The notes beneath the pieces were generated by a model. It worked only from the letters and a program-made list of their open reading frames with translations, did no database searches and had not been told where the DNA came from. The position numbers were made by a program, and so were the translations under genes. A stretch of 64,000 bases of DNA. Source: Gammaproteobacteria bacterium (GTDB taxonomy: Bacteria; Pseudomonadota; Gammaproteobacteria; Pseudomonadales; Azotimanducaceae). Of the stretch, positions 43,953 through 54,260 are shown in pieces (position 1 is the stretch's first letter; the number at the start of each line of letters is the position of its first letter). The DNA lies in assembly GCA_003248125.1 (NCBI GenBank), contig QJXZ01000089.1, positions 3,995 through 67,994 on the forward strand, read 5' to 3'.

Positions 43953-45356
43953 ATGTATCGCGCGGTGCTTCTCATATCGATCCTCGCCGTCACGTGCATG
44001 GCAGCGGCCGCGCCCGACGACCCTTACTTCGCGAGCCGCGGCACATGGGGACAAGGCTACGACGACCAGTGGGCGCTGAAACGGATCGGCTTCACTGCCA
44101 AGGACGACGCGACGTCCGCGTGGCGCATCGAAGACGGCAGCTCGAGCGCCGTGATCGTCGCAGTGCTCGACACCGGCCTCGACTACCGCCATCCGGACTT
44201 CGCGCGGCGCAACCTGTGGCGCAACGAGCACGAATCGAAAAACGGCATCGACGACGACGGCAATGGCTACGTCGACGACCTACACGGCTGGAACTTTCTC
44301 GAGCGCAACGACGACGTAGCCGACCTATCGGGTCATGGCACGTTCGTGACCGGTATCATCGCGGCTCGCACCGACAATGGCGAAGGCATTGCCGGCATCA
44401 ATCGCGGCGTCAAGATCATGCCGCTACGCGTGCTCAATTTCTTGGGCGCCGGACACGCTGTCAAGGTGGCCGAGGCGATCTACTACGCGGTCGAGAACGG
44501 CGCTCGCGTCATCAACATGAGCCTAGGTAGCCCGGGCGACTCGGCGGCAGAGTCGCGTGCCATGCGCTACGCCGCGGATCGCGGCGTGCTGATCGTCGTT
44601 GCCGCCGGCAACGAAGGCAGCGACATAACCGGCTTCGGGCCGGCCGCATCCGAGCATGTCATCACGGTCGCCGCAACCGATGAGAGCGACACGCGAGCCG
44701 GCTTCTCCAATTGGGGCGCGCAAGTGGACATCGCGGCACCGGGCACGGATCTGCTGTCACTTCGCGCACGGCGCACCGACTTCGTGCTGACGACATTCCC
44801 GCATCTATATCTGCCCGGTGATGCATTCATTGGCGATCAGGCCAAGTACTACCGCGCCAGTGGCACATCGTTCTCGGCACCGTTGGTAGCGGCGACGGCT
44901 TCGCTGATATTCGCCAAACAGCCTGAACTGACCGCAGCCGACGTTCGTCGCATGCTCCTGCAATCGGCGCGCGACATCGGCGTGCCCGGCATCGATCAGT
45001 TCTCCGGCTACGGGCTCTTGGATGCCCGCGCCGCATTGGCGGCGGACCCGAAGTTCTTTCTCGATGCCGTGATAACCGGCGTAGCCGTGGCGCAGGAGGG
45101 TAACCGCACACTCGTCGCCGTGCGGGGAACCGCAGCCGCGGACCAGTTCCGCCGCGCCACCATCGAACTCGGCGCTGGCACCGATCCCACGCGATGGCAG
45201 CGGGTCGCGGAAGTACGCGAAGTAGTACCGGATGGCACGCTGGCGCGAATCGACGCGACTCTGCTGCAGAGCGCGAAGCAATGGACGCTGCGGCTCATCG
45301 TCGAGCATCGTGGCGGGCAAACCCGTGAAGCGCGCTATCTCGTCAACCTCGGCTAG
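43953..45356 (+). CDS. S8 family serine peptidase (subtilase)
   Basis: ATG 1 nt after the upstream stop. Signal peptide MYRAVLLISILAVTCMAAAA. Catalytic triad contexts VAVLDTGLD, LSGHGTFVTGIIAA, ASGTSFSAPLVAA. Confidence 0.9.
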   Translation: MYRAVLLISILAVTCMAAAAPDDPYFASRGTWGQGYDDQWALKRIGFTAKDDATSAWRIEDGSSSAVIVAVLDTGLDYRHPDFARRNLWRNEHESKNGIDDDGNGYVDDLHGWNFLERNDDVADLSGHGTFVTGIIAARTDNGEGIAGINRGVKIMPLRVLNFLGAGHAVKVAEAIYYAVENGARVINMSLGSPGDSAAESRAMRYAADRGVLIVVAAGNEGSDITGFGPAASEHVITVAATDESDTRAGFSNWGAQVDIAAPGTDLLSLRARRTDFVLTTFPHLYLPGDAFIGDQAKYYRASGTSFSAPLVAATASLIFAKQPELTAADVRRMLLQSARDIGVPGIDQFSGYGLLDARAALAADPKFFLDAVITGVAVAQEGNRTLVAVRGTAAADQFRRATIELGAGTDPTRWQRVAEVREVVPDGTLARIDATLLQSAKQWTLRLIVEHRGGQTREARYLVNLG

Positions 45357-45367
45357 CCGAGAGCGCG

Positions 45368-48300
45368 TCACATCGACTTGCGATACTGCCCGCCCACTTC
45401 GAACAGCGCGCTGGTAATCTGACCCAGCGAGCAATGCCGCACGGCATCCATCAAAGCCGCAAAGCCATTGCCGTGACCGGTCACCGCTCGCTTTACCCGC
45501 TCGAGCGCCGCCTGGCTATCGTTGGCATGACGTTCATGGAACGCCCGCAACCGCTCGATCTGTCCACGCTTCTCTTCTTCCGTCGAGCGCGCAAGCTCGA
45601 CCGTGAACACTTCGTCCTCGGCATGTTCCGGCAGGAACGTGTTGACCCCAATGATGGGCAGGCTGCCATCATGCTTCTTGTGCTCGTAGAGCAGCGACTC
45701 TTCTTGGATCTTGCCGCGTTGATATCCCGTTTCCATGGCACCGAGCACACCACCACGCTCGGAAATGCGCTCGAACTCCAAGAGCACCGCTTCTTCGACC
45801 AAATCCGTCAACTCCTCGACGACGAATGCGCCCTGCACAGGATTCTCGTTGCGCGCGAGGCCAAATTCGCGGTTGATAATGAGCTGAATGGCGAGTGCCC
45901 GCCGCACCGACTCTTCAGTAGGCGTAGTGATCGCCTCGTCGTAAGCATTGGTATGCAGGCTATTGCAGTTGTCGTAGATCGCGATCAGTGCCTGCAGCGT
46001 GGTACGGATATCGTTGAAATTCATCTCCTGCGCGTGCAGCGAGCGGCCCGACGTTTGAATGTGATACTTCAATCGTTGGCTGCGCTCGTTGGCGCCGTAC
46101 TTATCGCGCAACGTGATCGCCCAAATGCGGCGCGCGACGCGGCCGAGCACTGTGTACTCCGGATCCATGCCGTTGGAAAAGAAGAACGACAGATTCGGCG
46201 CGAAATCGTCGATCTTCATGCCCCGCGCGAGATAGGTTTCGACGTACGTGAAGCCATTCGCTAGCGTAAATGCGAGCTGGGAAATGGGGTTCGCTCCTGC
46301 TTCGGCGATGTGATAGCCAGAAATCGACACCGAGTAGAAGTTGCGAACGTCGTTGTCGATGAAGTACTGCTGAATGTCACCCATCATCCGCAGACTGAAT
46401 TCGGTGGAGAAGATGCAGGTGTTCTGCCCCTGATCCTCCTTGAGAATGTCTGCCTGAACCGTGCCGCGAACCGTCCTCAGCGTCCGTGCGCGAATCTCTG
46501 CCGTTTCTTCGTTGTTTGGCTGACGCGCATGTTCGGCCACGAATGCGTCAACTTGCTGGTCGATCGCCGTGTTGAGAAAGAACGCAAGAATCGTCGGCGC
46601 GGGCCCATTGATCGTCATCGACACCGACGTCATCGGATCGCACAGGTCGAAGCCGTCGTAGAGCGCTTTCATGTCGTCGAGGGTAGCGATCGACACGCCA
46701 GAATTACCCACTTTGCCGTAAATGTCCGGTCGCTCCGCCGGATCGAAGCCATAAAGCGTCACCGAGTCGAACGCCGTGGACAGCCGCTTGGCAGCGGAGT
46801 GCTCGGAGAGCTTCTTGAAGCGGCGGTTGGTGCGGAACGCATCGCCCTCACCGGCAAACATTCGCGCCGGGTCTTCATTCTCACGTTTGAGCGGGAACAC
46901 GCCTGCGGTGTAGGGGAAGTATCCCGGTAGATTTTCGCGCCGGAGCCACTTGAGCTGCTCTCCGTGGTCCTCGAACTGCGGCACCGACACCCGCCTAACG
47001 CGGCTACCCGACAGGGTGGTGAAAAAAAGTTGTGAGCGCATCTCGCGATTGCCTGCTCGTGTCACCAGCTCGTCCTGACGGTACGCTTCACGCCTCGCCG
47101 GCCACTCGGCAAGCAAATCCTTGGCGTCGCGACTCAGTCCGTCTTCACGCGCTGCGATCAACGCATCGAGCCCTGCAGCCGACTCCCCCGTAGCGGCCAG
47201 CAGCTCGCGGCTCGCCGTGAGTTGTTGCCGTTCGCGGGCCAGTCGCACTTGCCTCGCCGTGTCGGCATGGTAATTGCGGACTGTCTCCGCAATCTCGGCC
47301 AAGTATCGTTGCCGATTGGCGGGCACGATCACCGCCTTTTCGCTCGACCGCTTGGTGGCTACCTGCGGCAATGACGAAGGGTATTCTCCAAGCGCTCGTC
47401 CGTTCGGAAGCGCTCGCAATATTTTCACGAGATCCTGATACGCCGCCGTCACACCGTCGTCGTTGAAGTGCGATGCGATAGTGCCGAATACAGGCATCTG
47501 ATCTGGTGCGACATCGAAACGCTGGCGGTTGCGCTGCATTTGCTTGGCAACGTCACGATACGCATCGTCTGCACCCTTACGATCGAATTTGTTGATTGCC
47601 ACGAGGTCGGCGAAGTCCAACATGTCGATTTTCTCGAGCTGGCTCTGCGCGCCAAACTCCGGCGTCATCACGTACATCGAGGCGTCTACGTAGGGCACGA
47701 TGCCACTGTCGCCCTGCCCGATTCCAGGTGTCTCGACGATCACAAGATCGAATCCCGACACTCGCACTGCTTGGATGATCTGCGGCAAGTAGTCGGGCAC
47801 CTCCGCAACGGCATCGCGCGTTGCGATGCTACGCATGAAGACATTGGGATGGTAGATCGCATTCATGCGAATACGGTCGCCGAGCAGCGCCCCACCCGTC
47901 TTCCGCCGGGTGGGATCGATCGCGACAATGCCGATGCGCACCGAATCATTGCTGTCGAGACGAAAGCGCCGAATGAGCTCGTCGGTGAGCGACGACTTCC
48001 CCGCCCCGCCGGTGCCGGTGATGCCAAGCACAGGACAACCTTTGACGCGCGCGGAGAGGCGATCGAGAAGCGCGCTGTCCTCCGCCCCAAACAAGCCGCG
48101 CTCGATCTTCGTGATGGTACGTGCGAGTAGTACGCGGTCGCCCATCGGGAGATCGGCCAAGCTCGACGTCGTCTCCAAGCCCGCGTCGAGATCGCACGCG
48201 GCAATCATGTCGTCGATCATGCCCTGCAGACCGAGCTTGTGGCCCATCTGCGGGGAATAGATTCGCGCAACGCCGTAGTCCTCGAGCGCCTTGATCTCGT

Positions 48301-48640
48301 CGGGCACGATTACCCCACCGCCACCGCCGAACACGCGGATGTGTGACGCGCCGCGCTCGGCGAGCATGTCGACCACGTACTTGAAGTATTCGATGTGCCC
48401 GCCTTGATAGGAGCTGATGGCAATACCTTGCACATCCTCCTGCAGCGCCGACTCGACCACCTCCGACACCGAGCGGTTATGCGCCAGGTGGATCACTTCC
48501 ACGCCCGATGCCTGCAGAATGCGACGCATGATGTTGATGGAGGCGTCGTGGCCGTCGAACAGGCTCGCCGCGGTCACGAATCGCAAAGGCACGGTCTTTG
48601 CCGTCCGCTCACGCGGCAGTCTTCTCACCGCCTCACTCAT
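45368..48640 (-). CDS. icmF: fused isobutyryl-CoA mutase (B12-binding + MeaB-like GTPase + mutase domains)
   Basis: 1090 aa. N-terminal B12 domain with DGHDASIN (DxHxxG-type), P-loop [13 protein letters not shown], and a C-terminal methylmalonyl-CoA-mutase-like TIM barrel ([16 protein letters not shown]). Confidence 0.92.
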   Translation of the reverse strand: MSEAVRRLPRERTAKTVPLRFVTAASLFDGHDASINIMRRILQASGVEVIHLAHNRSVSEVVESALQEDVQGIAISSYQGGHIEYFKYVVDMLAERGASHIRVFGGGGGVIVPDEIKALEDYGVARIYSPQMGHKLGLQGMIDDMIAACDLDAGLETTSSLADLPMGDRVLLARTITKIERGLFGAEDSALLDRLSARVKGCPVLGITGTGGAGKSSLTDELIRRFRLDSNDSVRIGIVAIDPTRRKTGGALLGDRIRMNAIYHPNVFMRSIATRDAVAEVPDYLPQIIQAVRVSGFDLVIVETPGIGQGDSGIVPYVDASMYVMTPEFGAQSQLEKIDMLDFADLVAINKFDRKGADDAYRDVAKQMQRNRQRFDVAPDQMPVFGTIASHFNDDGVTAAYQDLVKILRALPNGRALGEYPSSLPQVATKRSSEKAVIVPANRQRYLAEIAETVRNYHADTARQVRLARERQQLTASRELLAATGESAAGLDALIAAREDGLSRDAKDLLAEWPARREAYRQDELVTRAGNREMRSQLFFTTLSGSRVRRVSVPQFEDHGEQLKWLRRENLPGYFPYTAGVFPLKRENEDPARMFAGEGDAFRTNRRFKKLSEHSAAKRLSTAFDSVTLYGFDPAERPDIYGKVGNSGVSIATLDDMKALYDGFDLCDPMTSVSMTINGPAPTILAFFLNTAIDQQVDAFVAEHARQPNNEETAEIRARTLRTVRGTVQADILKEDQGQNTCIFSTEFSLRMMGDIQQYFIDNDVRNFYSVSISGYHIAEAGANPISQLAFTLANGFTYVETYLARGMKIDDFAPNLSFFFSNGMDPEYTVLGRVARRIWAITLRDKYGANERSQRLKYHIQTSGRSLHAQEMNFNDIRTTLQALIAIYDNCNSLHTNAYDEAITTPTEESVRRALAIQLIINREFGLARNENPVQGAFVVEELTDLVEEAVLLEFERISERGGVLGAMETGYQRGKIQEESLLYEHKKHDGSLPIIGVNTFLPEHAEDEVFTVELARSTEEEKRGQIERLRAFHERHANDSQAALERVKRAVTGHGNGFAALMDAVRHCSLGQITSALFEVGGQYRKSM

Positions 48641-49281
48641 TGCTCATCCTCCGGATTGTCGGTCGCGACACCTAGCGCCATGCGCATGGTTCGCTTCAGG
48701 TTGTCGTGCAGTGCAGCCACTTCATCGAGATCATCGACGTGCTGCAGCCAGTGATAAACGATGCCGACGATCGATGCGCCGAACTGGCCTGCGATCGCAT
48801 CTTCTTCCATGGTGATGTGGGCCTCTCCCGCTGCGACCCCTGCCCGGATCCACTGCGCCACGTCTTTCCGGCGTCGGTCGTGGATGCCCGCGACCACCTG
48901 CTTCACACCCGAGCTCGGTGATACCGAGTCGAACCAAAGCATGTAGAAGGCGCGCACGCGATCGGGGGCTTCCCGACAAAATCGCATGTGCTGGTCGGTC
49001 GCCGCACAAATCGCGTCGATTCCTGCGAGCCCCGCAGTGACGCGCGTCAGGTCCTTGAGCCAACGTTCGCCGATCGCGCGCACGATGAACTCGAACAGAC
49101 CGGCCTTCGAGCCAAAGCGATAGCCCGCGAGGCCGCGGCTGTAGCCAGCCAACTCGCCGACGTCCTTCAATGTCGTTTTCTCGGGTCCACGCTCGACGAT
49201 CAACCTCACCGCCGCATCCAACATGCGCTGGTCGGATAGGTCGGTGCGCTCGGACTGTGTCATCCGCTGCGTTTCGGCCAT
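48637..49281 (-). CDS. TetR/AcrR family transcriptional regulator
   Basis: Inner ATG ([14 protein letters not shown]...). HTH region [28 protein letters not shown]. Stop overlaps the icmF start (ATGA); start overlaps the upstream stop by 1 nt. Confidence 0.85.
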   Translation of the reverse strand: MAETQRMTQSERTDLSDQRMLDAAVRLIVERGPEKTTLKDVGELAGYSRGLAGYRFGSKAGLFEFIVRAIGERWLKDLTRVTAGLAGIDAICAATDQHMRFCREAPDRVRAFYMLWFDSVSPSSGVKQVVAGIHDRRRKDVAQWIRAGVAAGEAHITMEEDAIAGQFGASIVGIVYHWLQHVDDLDEVAALHDNLKRTMRMALGVATDNPEDEQ

Positions 49282-50093
49282 CAGGCAGCTCCTCGCCTGG
49301 GCTCGCCAACCAGATCGCACAAACCCTGGAGGTATTCGGGAACTCGTAGCAAGCGGCTGCCATACCAAGAACACATCGCGCCATCGACGAGCAATACCCG
49401 CGCCGCTGGCGCGATGGACTCGAACTCGTCGACATGCTCGGCCGTGAATGGATAGGGCTCAGAAGACAGGAATACGACCTCCGGCCGCGCCTTCGTAATG
49501 TCGGCGGCCTCGACCGCAGGATACCGGCCGAACCCACCGAACGCGTTTACGAACCCTGCGCGGCCGAGTAAGTGATGGATGAAGTTGTTGCCACCCACCA
49601 CCATGTATGGTTTGCGCCAAATCAGATAGGCGAAAGTGCGCCGTTCGGATTTACCGCCAAGCCGATCGAAGGCACGGCGAATGTCGGCGCACATCGAATT
49701 GCCGCGCATGTCTACTCCGGTAATCAATGCGATCTGCTCGATCATCGCAAGCGCATCATCCAGATCGTAGATGTCGCTCATCCAAACGGGATGCTGCTGC
49801 TGCAACCGCTCGATACCTTCGGCGTAGTTCTCTTCCTTGTTGCCGATGATCAAGTCGGGCTTGAGGGCGCTGATGGCGTCGAAGTCGAACTTCTTCGTCC
49901 CACCGACCTTCGACACTTGCGCAACCCGGTCTGCCGGCTCCGTGCAGTAGCGGGTGACGCCGACCACGCGCTCGCCGAGACCCAGGTCGAACAGCAACTC
50001 CGTCTGCGACGGCACGAGCGAGACAATGCGCTCCGGTACCCGGTCGAGCTCGATGCATTGTCCCAGCTGGTCGGTAAAGTGCACGTCAAGCAT
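49281..50093 (-). CDS. BtuF-like cobalamin-binding (helical-backbone periplasmic-binding-fold) protein lacking a signal peptide
   Basis: Inner ATG gives MLDVHFTDQLGQCIELDRVPERIVSLVPSQTELLFDLGLGERVVGVT and ALKPDLIIGNKE, a class III substrate-binding-protein pattern. No hydrophobic leader. Confidence 0.72.
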   Translation of the reverse strand: MLDVHFTDQLGQCIELDRVPERIVSLVPSQTELLFDLGLGERVVGVTRYCTEPADRVAQVSKVGGTKKFDFDAISALKPDLIIGNKEENYAEGIERLQQQHPVWMSDIYDLDDALAMIEQIALITGVDMRGNSMCADIRRAFDRLGGKSERRTFAYLIWRKPYMVVGGNNFIHHLLGRAGFVNAFGGFGRYPAVEAADITKARPEVVFLSSEPYPFTAEHVDEFESIAPAARVLLVDGAMCSWYGSRLLRVPEYLQGLCDLVGEPRRGAA

Positions 50094-50646
50094 CCGTCGG
50101 CTTTTGCTGTTGCCAGAGCACCTCGGGTTCACCGTTCGCCTTCGCGATCCAGCGCCCCGCCACGAAGCACAGATCCGAGAGCCGGTTGAGATAGATGCGG
50201 CTATTGGCATTCACCGCTTCGCTCGCTGCTAGCCGTGCGTACCGGCGCTCCGCGCGCCGTGCCACGGCGCGGACGAGGTGACAGCGCGCCACCGGTTCGG
50301 AACCACCAGGCAGGATGAAGTTCTTCAGCGGTTCGAGTTCCGCGTTGTACCGCTCGATCGGCACTTCCAACCGGCGCCAATGCGCTTCGCCGATGACCTC
50401 GACACCCGGCATCGACAGCTCGCCGCCGAGATCGAACAAATCGTTCTGAATCGAGCGGAACAGCGTCCACAATGGATTGTCGGGCGGCAACACGGCAAGA
50501 AAGGAGCCAACGAAACAATTCAGCTCATCGATAGCTCCGATCGCCTCGATGCGATCGGAGAACTTGGCGACGCGGGTACCATCCGAGACCCCCGTGGTAC
50601 CGTCATCGCCCGTGCGCGTCACGATCTTCGACAGACGCTTGCCCAT
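50086..50646 (-). CDS. ATP:cob(I)alamin adenosyltransferase, PduO type
   Basis: 186 aa. IVTRTGDDGTTG, EAIGAIDELN, FILPGG. Confidence 0.9.
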   Translation of the reverse strand: MGKRLSKIVTRTGDDGTTGVSDGTRVAKFSDRIEAIGAIDELNCFVGSFLAVLPPDNPLWTLFRSIQNDLFDLGGELSMPGVEVIGEAHWRRLEVPIERYNAELEPLKNFILPGGSEPVARCHLVRAVARRAERRYARLAASEAVNANSRIYLNRLSDLCFVAGRWIAKANGEPEVLWQQQKPTDA

Positions 50647-52394
50647 CAGAACAACTCCACTGGCAATTGGTTCACGCTATCTGCGCCAGTCGTGACCGTG
50701 CGGTGGAACGCATCGGCCCGCGGTAACAGGTGCGCCACGTAGAACTCGGCGCATGTGCGTTTTCGCTGCACAAGGTTCGGTTCGCCGATCCTTTCCGCCG
50801 CTTCCAGCGCTCGAGCCAGTTGCCACCCCCCCAGCACGGTACCGGCCTGCATCATGAAGTTGAACGCCACTGCACCGGATTGCTGCGGGTCTTGGCTCGC
50901 GTTGTCGAGAATGTACTTGGCAGATTCGCGCAAGTCCGCGAGGCGCGCGTGAATTGCCCCTCTGACATGACACGACGACGACTGCACGCAAAATGCTTCC
51001 ACTTCGTCGCAGAGTTCACCAATTGCCTTGCCGCCGTCACCGACCAACTTACGGCCCGCCAGATCCTGCGCTTGAATGCCGTTCGTGCCCTCGTAGATGG
51101 GCGTGATGCGAGCATCGCGCATTAGTTGCGCCGCACCCGTTTCTTCAACGAACCCCATGCCGCCATGGACCTGTACGCCGAGCGATGTCACCTCCTGTGC
51201 AAGCTCGGTGTTCCAGCCCTTCACGATCGGCGTCAGCACGCCGAGTCGCGCACTGTAGAACTCGCGCCGATCAGCATCCGGATTGTGATGCACATGATCG
51301 ACACAGGCGCCGGCAACGTAAGCGAGTCCGCGCATTGCATCCGTTGCGGAACGCATGACGAGCAACATCCGGCGCACGTCGGCATGGCCGATGATCGGCG
51401 TGTTCGATGAGGCGCCGACCACGTTGCCCTGCACTCTCTCGCGCGCGAACGCGAGCGCTTGTTGGTAGGCGCGTTCGCTCAGGGCCACGGCCTCCAGTCC
51501 AACCTCGAGGCGGGCGTGGTTCATCATCGTGAACATGTTCGCAAGGCCGCGATTGATCTCGCCCACCAGGTAGCCGACCGCTCCGCTCCGCTCGCCGAGG
51601 CTCATCACGCACGTCGGGCTGCCATGAATGCCGAGCTTGTGCTCGAGGGAAACTGCGGTGATGTCGTTGCGCGCGCCCAACGTGCCGTCGGCGTTCAGCA
51701 GATACTTCGGCACCAGAAACAGCGAAAGGCCGCCCGATCCCGCCGGGGCATCCGGCAACCGTGCCAACACGAGATGGATGATGTTCTCCGCCATCTCATG
51801 ATCGCCCCAGGTGATGAATATCTTCTGACCGTGCAACAGGTAATGATCGCCGTTCGGCGTGGCGATGGTCTTGACCGCGCCGAGATCGGTGCCGGCTTGC
51901 GGTTCCGTGAGCAGCATGGTGCCCGTCCAGGCGCCGCTCACCATGTGTTCCAAATAGGTCCGCTGCGCTTCGCCACCATGCGCTTTGAGCGCCAGGATTG
52001 CTGAGCTCGATAGCAACGGGCACAGGGAAAAGGCCATGCACGCGCTGGTGCGCATCTCACTCACGGCCATGTGCAACAAAAAGGGTAAGCCTTGCCCACC
52101 GAACGCAGGATCCTGCGCGAGGCCGAGCCATCCTGCCTCGCAAAACTTCGCGTACGCCTCCGTGAACCCGGTCGGCGCGCGGACCTTGCCATCGACGAGT
52201 CGCGCGCCTTCGAGATCGCCGGTCCGGTCGAGCGGCGCGAGTTCGTTGGCTGCGAACTTGCCCGCTTCGTCGAGAATGGCCGCGATCATGTCGCCATCGA
52301 CTGCTTCGACGCCGGGCAACGCGAGCACGTCGTCGAGACCCGCCAAGTGCTGCATGACGAACTGCATGTCGGCCAGAGGAGCTCGGTAGGTCAT
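50646..52394 (-). CDS. acyl-CoA dehydrogenase (long form with extra C-terminal domain)
   Basis: MTYRAPLADMQFVM..., GWLGLAQDPAFGGQGLP, LTEPQAGTDLG, IYEGTNGIQAQDL. ATG at 52394 preferred over the TTG at 52400 used by the ORF track. Confidence 0.9.
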   Translation of the reverse strand: MTYRAPLADMQFVMQHLAGLDDVLALPGVEAVDGDMIAAILDEAGKFAANELAPLDRTGDLEGARLVDGKVRAPTGFTEAYAKFCEAGWLGLAQDPAFGGQGLPFLLHMAVSEMRTSACMAFSLCPLLSSSAILALKAHGGEAQRTYLEHMVSGAWTGTMLLTEPQAGTDLGAVKTIATPNGDHYLLHGQKIFITWGDHEMAENIIHLVLARLPDAPAGSGGLSLFLVPKYLLNADGTLGARNDITAVSLEHKLGIHGSPTCVMSLGERSGAVGYLVGEINRGLANMFTMMNHARLEVGLEAVALSERAYQQALAFARERVQGNVVGASSNTPIIGHADVRRMLLVMRSATDAMRGLAYVAGACVDHVHHNPDADRREFYSARLGVLTPIVKGWNTELAQEVTSLGVQVHGGMGFVEETGAAQLMRDARITPIYEGTNGIQAQDLAGRKLVGDGGKAIGELCDEVEAFCVQSSSCHVRGAIHARLADLRESAKYILDNASQDPQQSGAVAFNFMMQAGTVLGGWQLARALEAAERIGEPNLVQRKRTCAEFYVAHLLPRADAFHRTVTTGADSVNQLPVELF

Positions 52395-52436
52395 GAGCAA
52401 AAGTTCGCGTATATGAGGCGCGCGCTAGGGTCACAC

Positions 52437-52457
52437 ACTTGCTTGCGTTAAGCAAGT
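52437..52457. promoter_or_regulatory. 21-bp palindrome ACTTGCTT-GCGTT-AAGCAAGT upstream of the ACAD-icmF operon (candidate TetR operator)
   Basis: Perfect 8-bp arms read from the sequence, 43 bp upstream of the ACAD ATG, in the divergent region shared with the BVMO gene. Confidence 0.35.
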
Positions 52458-52582
52458 ATCTTTTTTGACGATTTCCTCAAGACGTTGAATTTACGGGGAA
52501 TTCACCTTCTGATCCCCCGCTTACGAATTGAACGGCCACCGCAATTCCCATACGCTCGTGCGTGGCTAACCGGGTGAATGTC

Positions 52583-54229
52583 ATGTCAGATCGACCCGAC
52601 GTGCTGATCGTCGGTGCTGGTTTCGCCGGCATGTACGCCGTGCATCGATTCCGATCACTGGGGCTATCGGTCAAAGTGTTGGAAGCGGGCAGCGACGTCG
52701 GCGGTACTTGGTACTGGAATCGCTATCCGGGCGCGCGTTGCGATGTACCGAGCCTCGAGTACTCCTACGGGTTCTCGCCACAACTCGAGCAGGAATGGGA
52801 TTGGCCAGAAGTGTTTTCCGCCCAAGAAGACATCCTTCGCTATGCCAACCACGTTGCCGATCGCTTCGATCTACGCCGCGACATGCAGTTCGATACCCGC
52901 GTGACTGCCGTCGAGTACCTCGATGACGTGCATCGCTGGCGCCTCACCACCGAAAGAGGCGAAACGCTCGAGGCACCGTTCTGCGTAATGGCCACCGGCT
53001 GCTTGTCAGTGCCCGTGAAACCCGACATTCCCGGTGCTGCAACCTTCGCCGGCGAGGTCTATCACACCGGCACGTGGCCGCACCACGACGTCGACCTGGC
53101 GGGCAAGCGAGTCGCCATCATCGGTACGGGTTCCTCCGGCGTGCAGGCGATCCCCGAACTCGCGCGGCAAGCTGCTCATCTGACGGTCTTTCAGCGCACG
53201 CCAGTCTATACGATTCCCGCCAATCGCAAGCGCATGCGCGCCGAAGTGCAAGACGAGTTCCGCGAGCACTATCGCGAAATTCGTGAAATGCAGCAGAACA
53301 ACCAAGGCGGTGTGTCGAACTTTCGACCGATCAAGAGCGTCCGACGCGCCAACGTGTCACCGTCCAATGCATTCCCGGCCCGGCTACTCGACCTCACGCC
53401 TGAGCAGCGACACGCGACCATGGAGCGGTTCGGACTCGGCGCGCTACTCGGCTTCCGCGACATCTACACCGATCCAGACGCCAACGAAATTGCCAATGAC
53501 CTCTACCGGGAGACGGTCCTCACCATGGTCCGCGACCCGGAAACCGCCGAACGCCTGCTGCCGAAAACCTACGGTCTCGGCTGCAAGCGGCAAGTGCTGG
53601 ACCGCGACTACTACGACACGTTCAACCGTGACAACGTAACGCTCATCGATCTCACGGAGACGCCGATCGAATCGATTACCTCACGCGGCGTCCGCACCAC
53701 CACTGGCCACTACGAAGCCGATGTCATCGTCTACGCGACGGGCTTCGATGCGATGACGGGCGCGTTGCTGCGAGCCAACATCCGCGGTCGCAACGGGCGC
53801 AAGCTCGAAGACAAGTGGCGTGACGGGCCGGTGGCCTATCTCGGCCTGCAGATGTCGGGGTTCCCCAATCTGTTCACCGTCACTGGCCCCGGCAGCCCAT
53901 CCGTGCTCTGCAACATGCTGGTTGCCATCGAACAGCACGTGAACTGGATCGCGGAATGCATCGACTACCTACGTACGCATGACGTCGGTTCGATCGAGCC
54001 GCTTCGAACCTCTGAGGTCGAATGGGTCGCCCACGTCAACGAGGTTGCCGAGGGCACGATGTACACGGCTCCCAGCTGCAACTCCTGGTATCTCGGCGCC
54101 AACATTCCGGGTAAGCCGCGGATCTTCATGCCTTACGTTGGCGGCTATCCCCGCTACCGGGCTCGTTGCGAGCAAGAAGCGGCGAACGGCTACCCCGGGT
54201 TCGCACTTGGCGATCGACTCAGCCCGTGA
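52583..54229 (+). CDS. Baeyer-Villiger (flavin-containing, type I) monooxygenase
   Basis: DVLIVGAGFAGMY (FAD GxGxxG), GGTWYWNRYPGARCD, BVMO fingerprint FAGEVYHTGTWPH, second Rossmann VAIIGTGSSGVQ. Confidence 0.9.
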   Translation: MSDRPDVLIVGAGFAGMYAVHRFRSLGLSVKVLEAGSDVGGTWYWNRYPGARCDVPSLEYSYGFSPQLEQEWDWPEVFSAQEDILRYANHVADRFDLRRDMQFDTRVTAVEYLDDVHRWRLTTERGETLEAPFCVMATGCLSVPVKPDIPGAATFAGEVYHTGTWPHHDVDLAGKRVAIIGTGSSGVQAIPELARQAAHLTVFQRTPVYTIPANRKRMRAEVQDEFREHYREIREMQQNNQGGVSNFRPIKSVRRANVSPSNAFPARLLDLTPEQRHATMERFGLGALLGFRDIYTDPDANEIANDLYRETVLTMVRDPETAERLLPKTYGLGCKRQVLDRDYYDTFNRDNVTLIDLTETPIESITSRGVRTTTGHYEADVIVYATGFDAMTGALLRANIRGRNGRKLEDKWRDGPVAYLGLQMSGFPNLFTVTGPGSPSVLCNMLVAIEQHVNWIAECIDYLRTHDVGSIEPLRTSEVEWVAHVNEVAEGTMYTAPSCNSWYLGANIPGKPRIFMPYVGGYPRYRARCEQEAANGYPGFALGDRLSP

Positions 54230-54260
54230 GGGCACGCAACGTGGGTGGCGCCGACCACAT

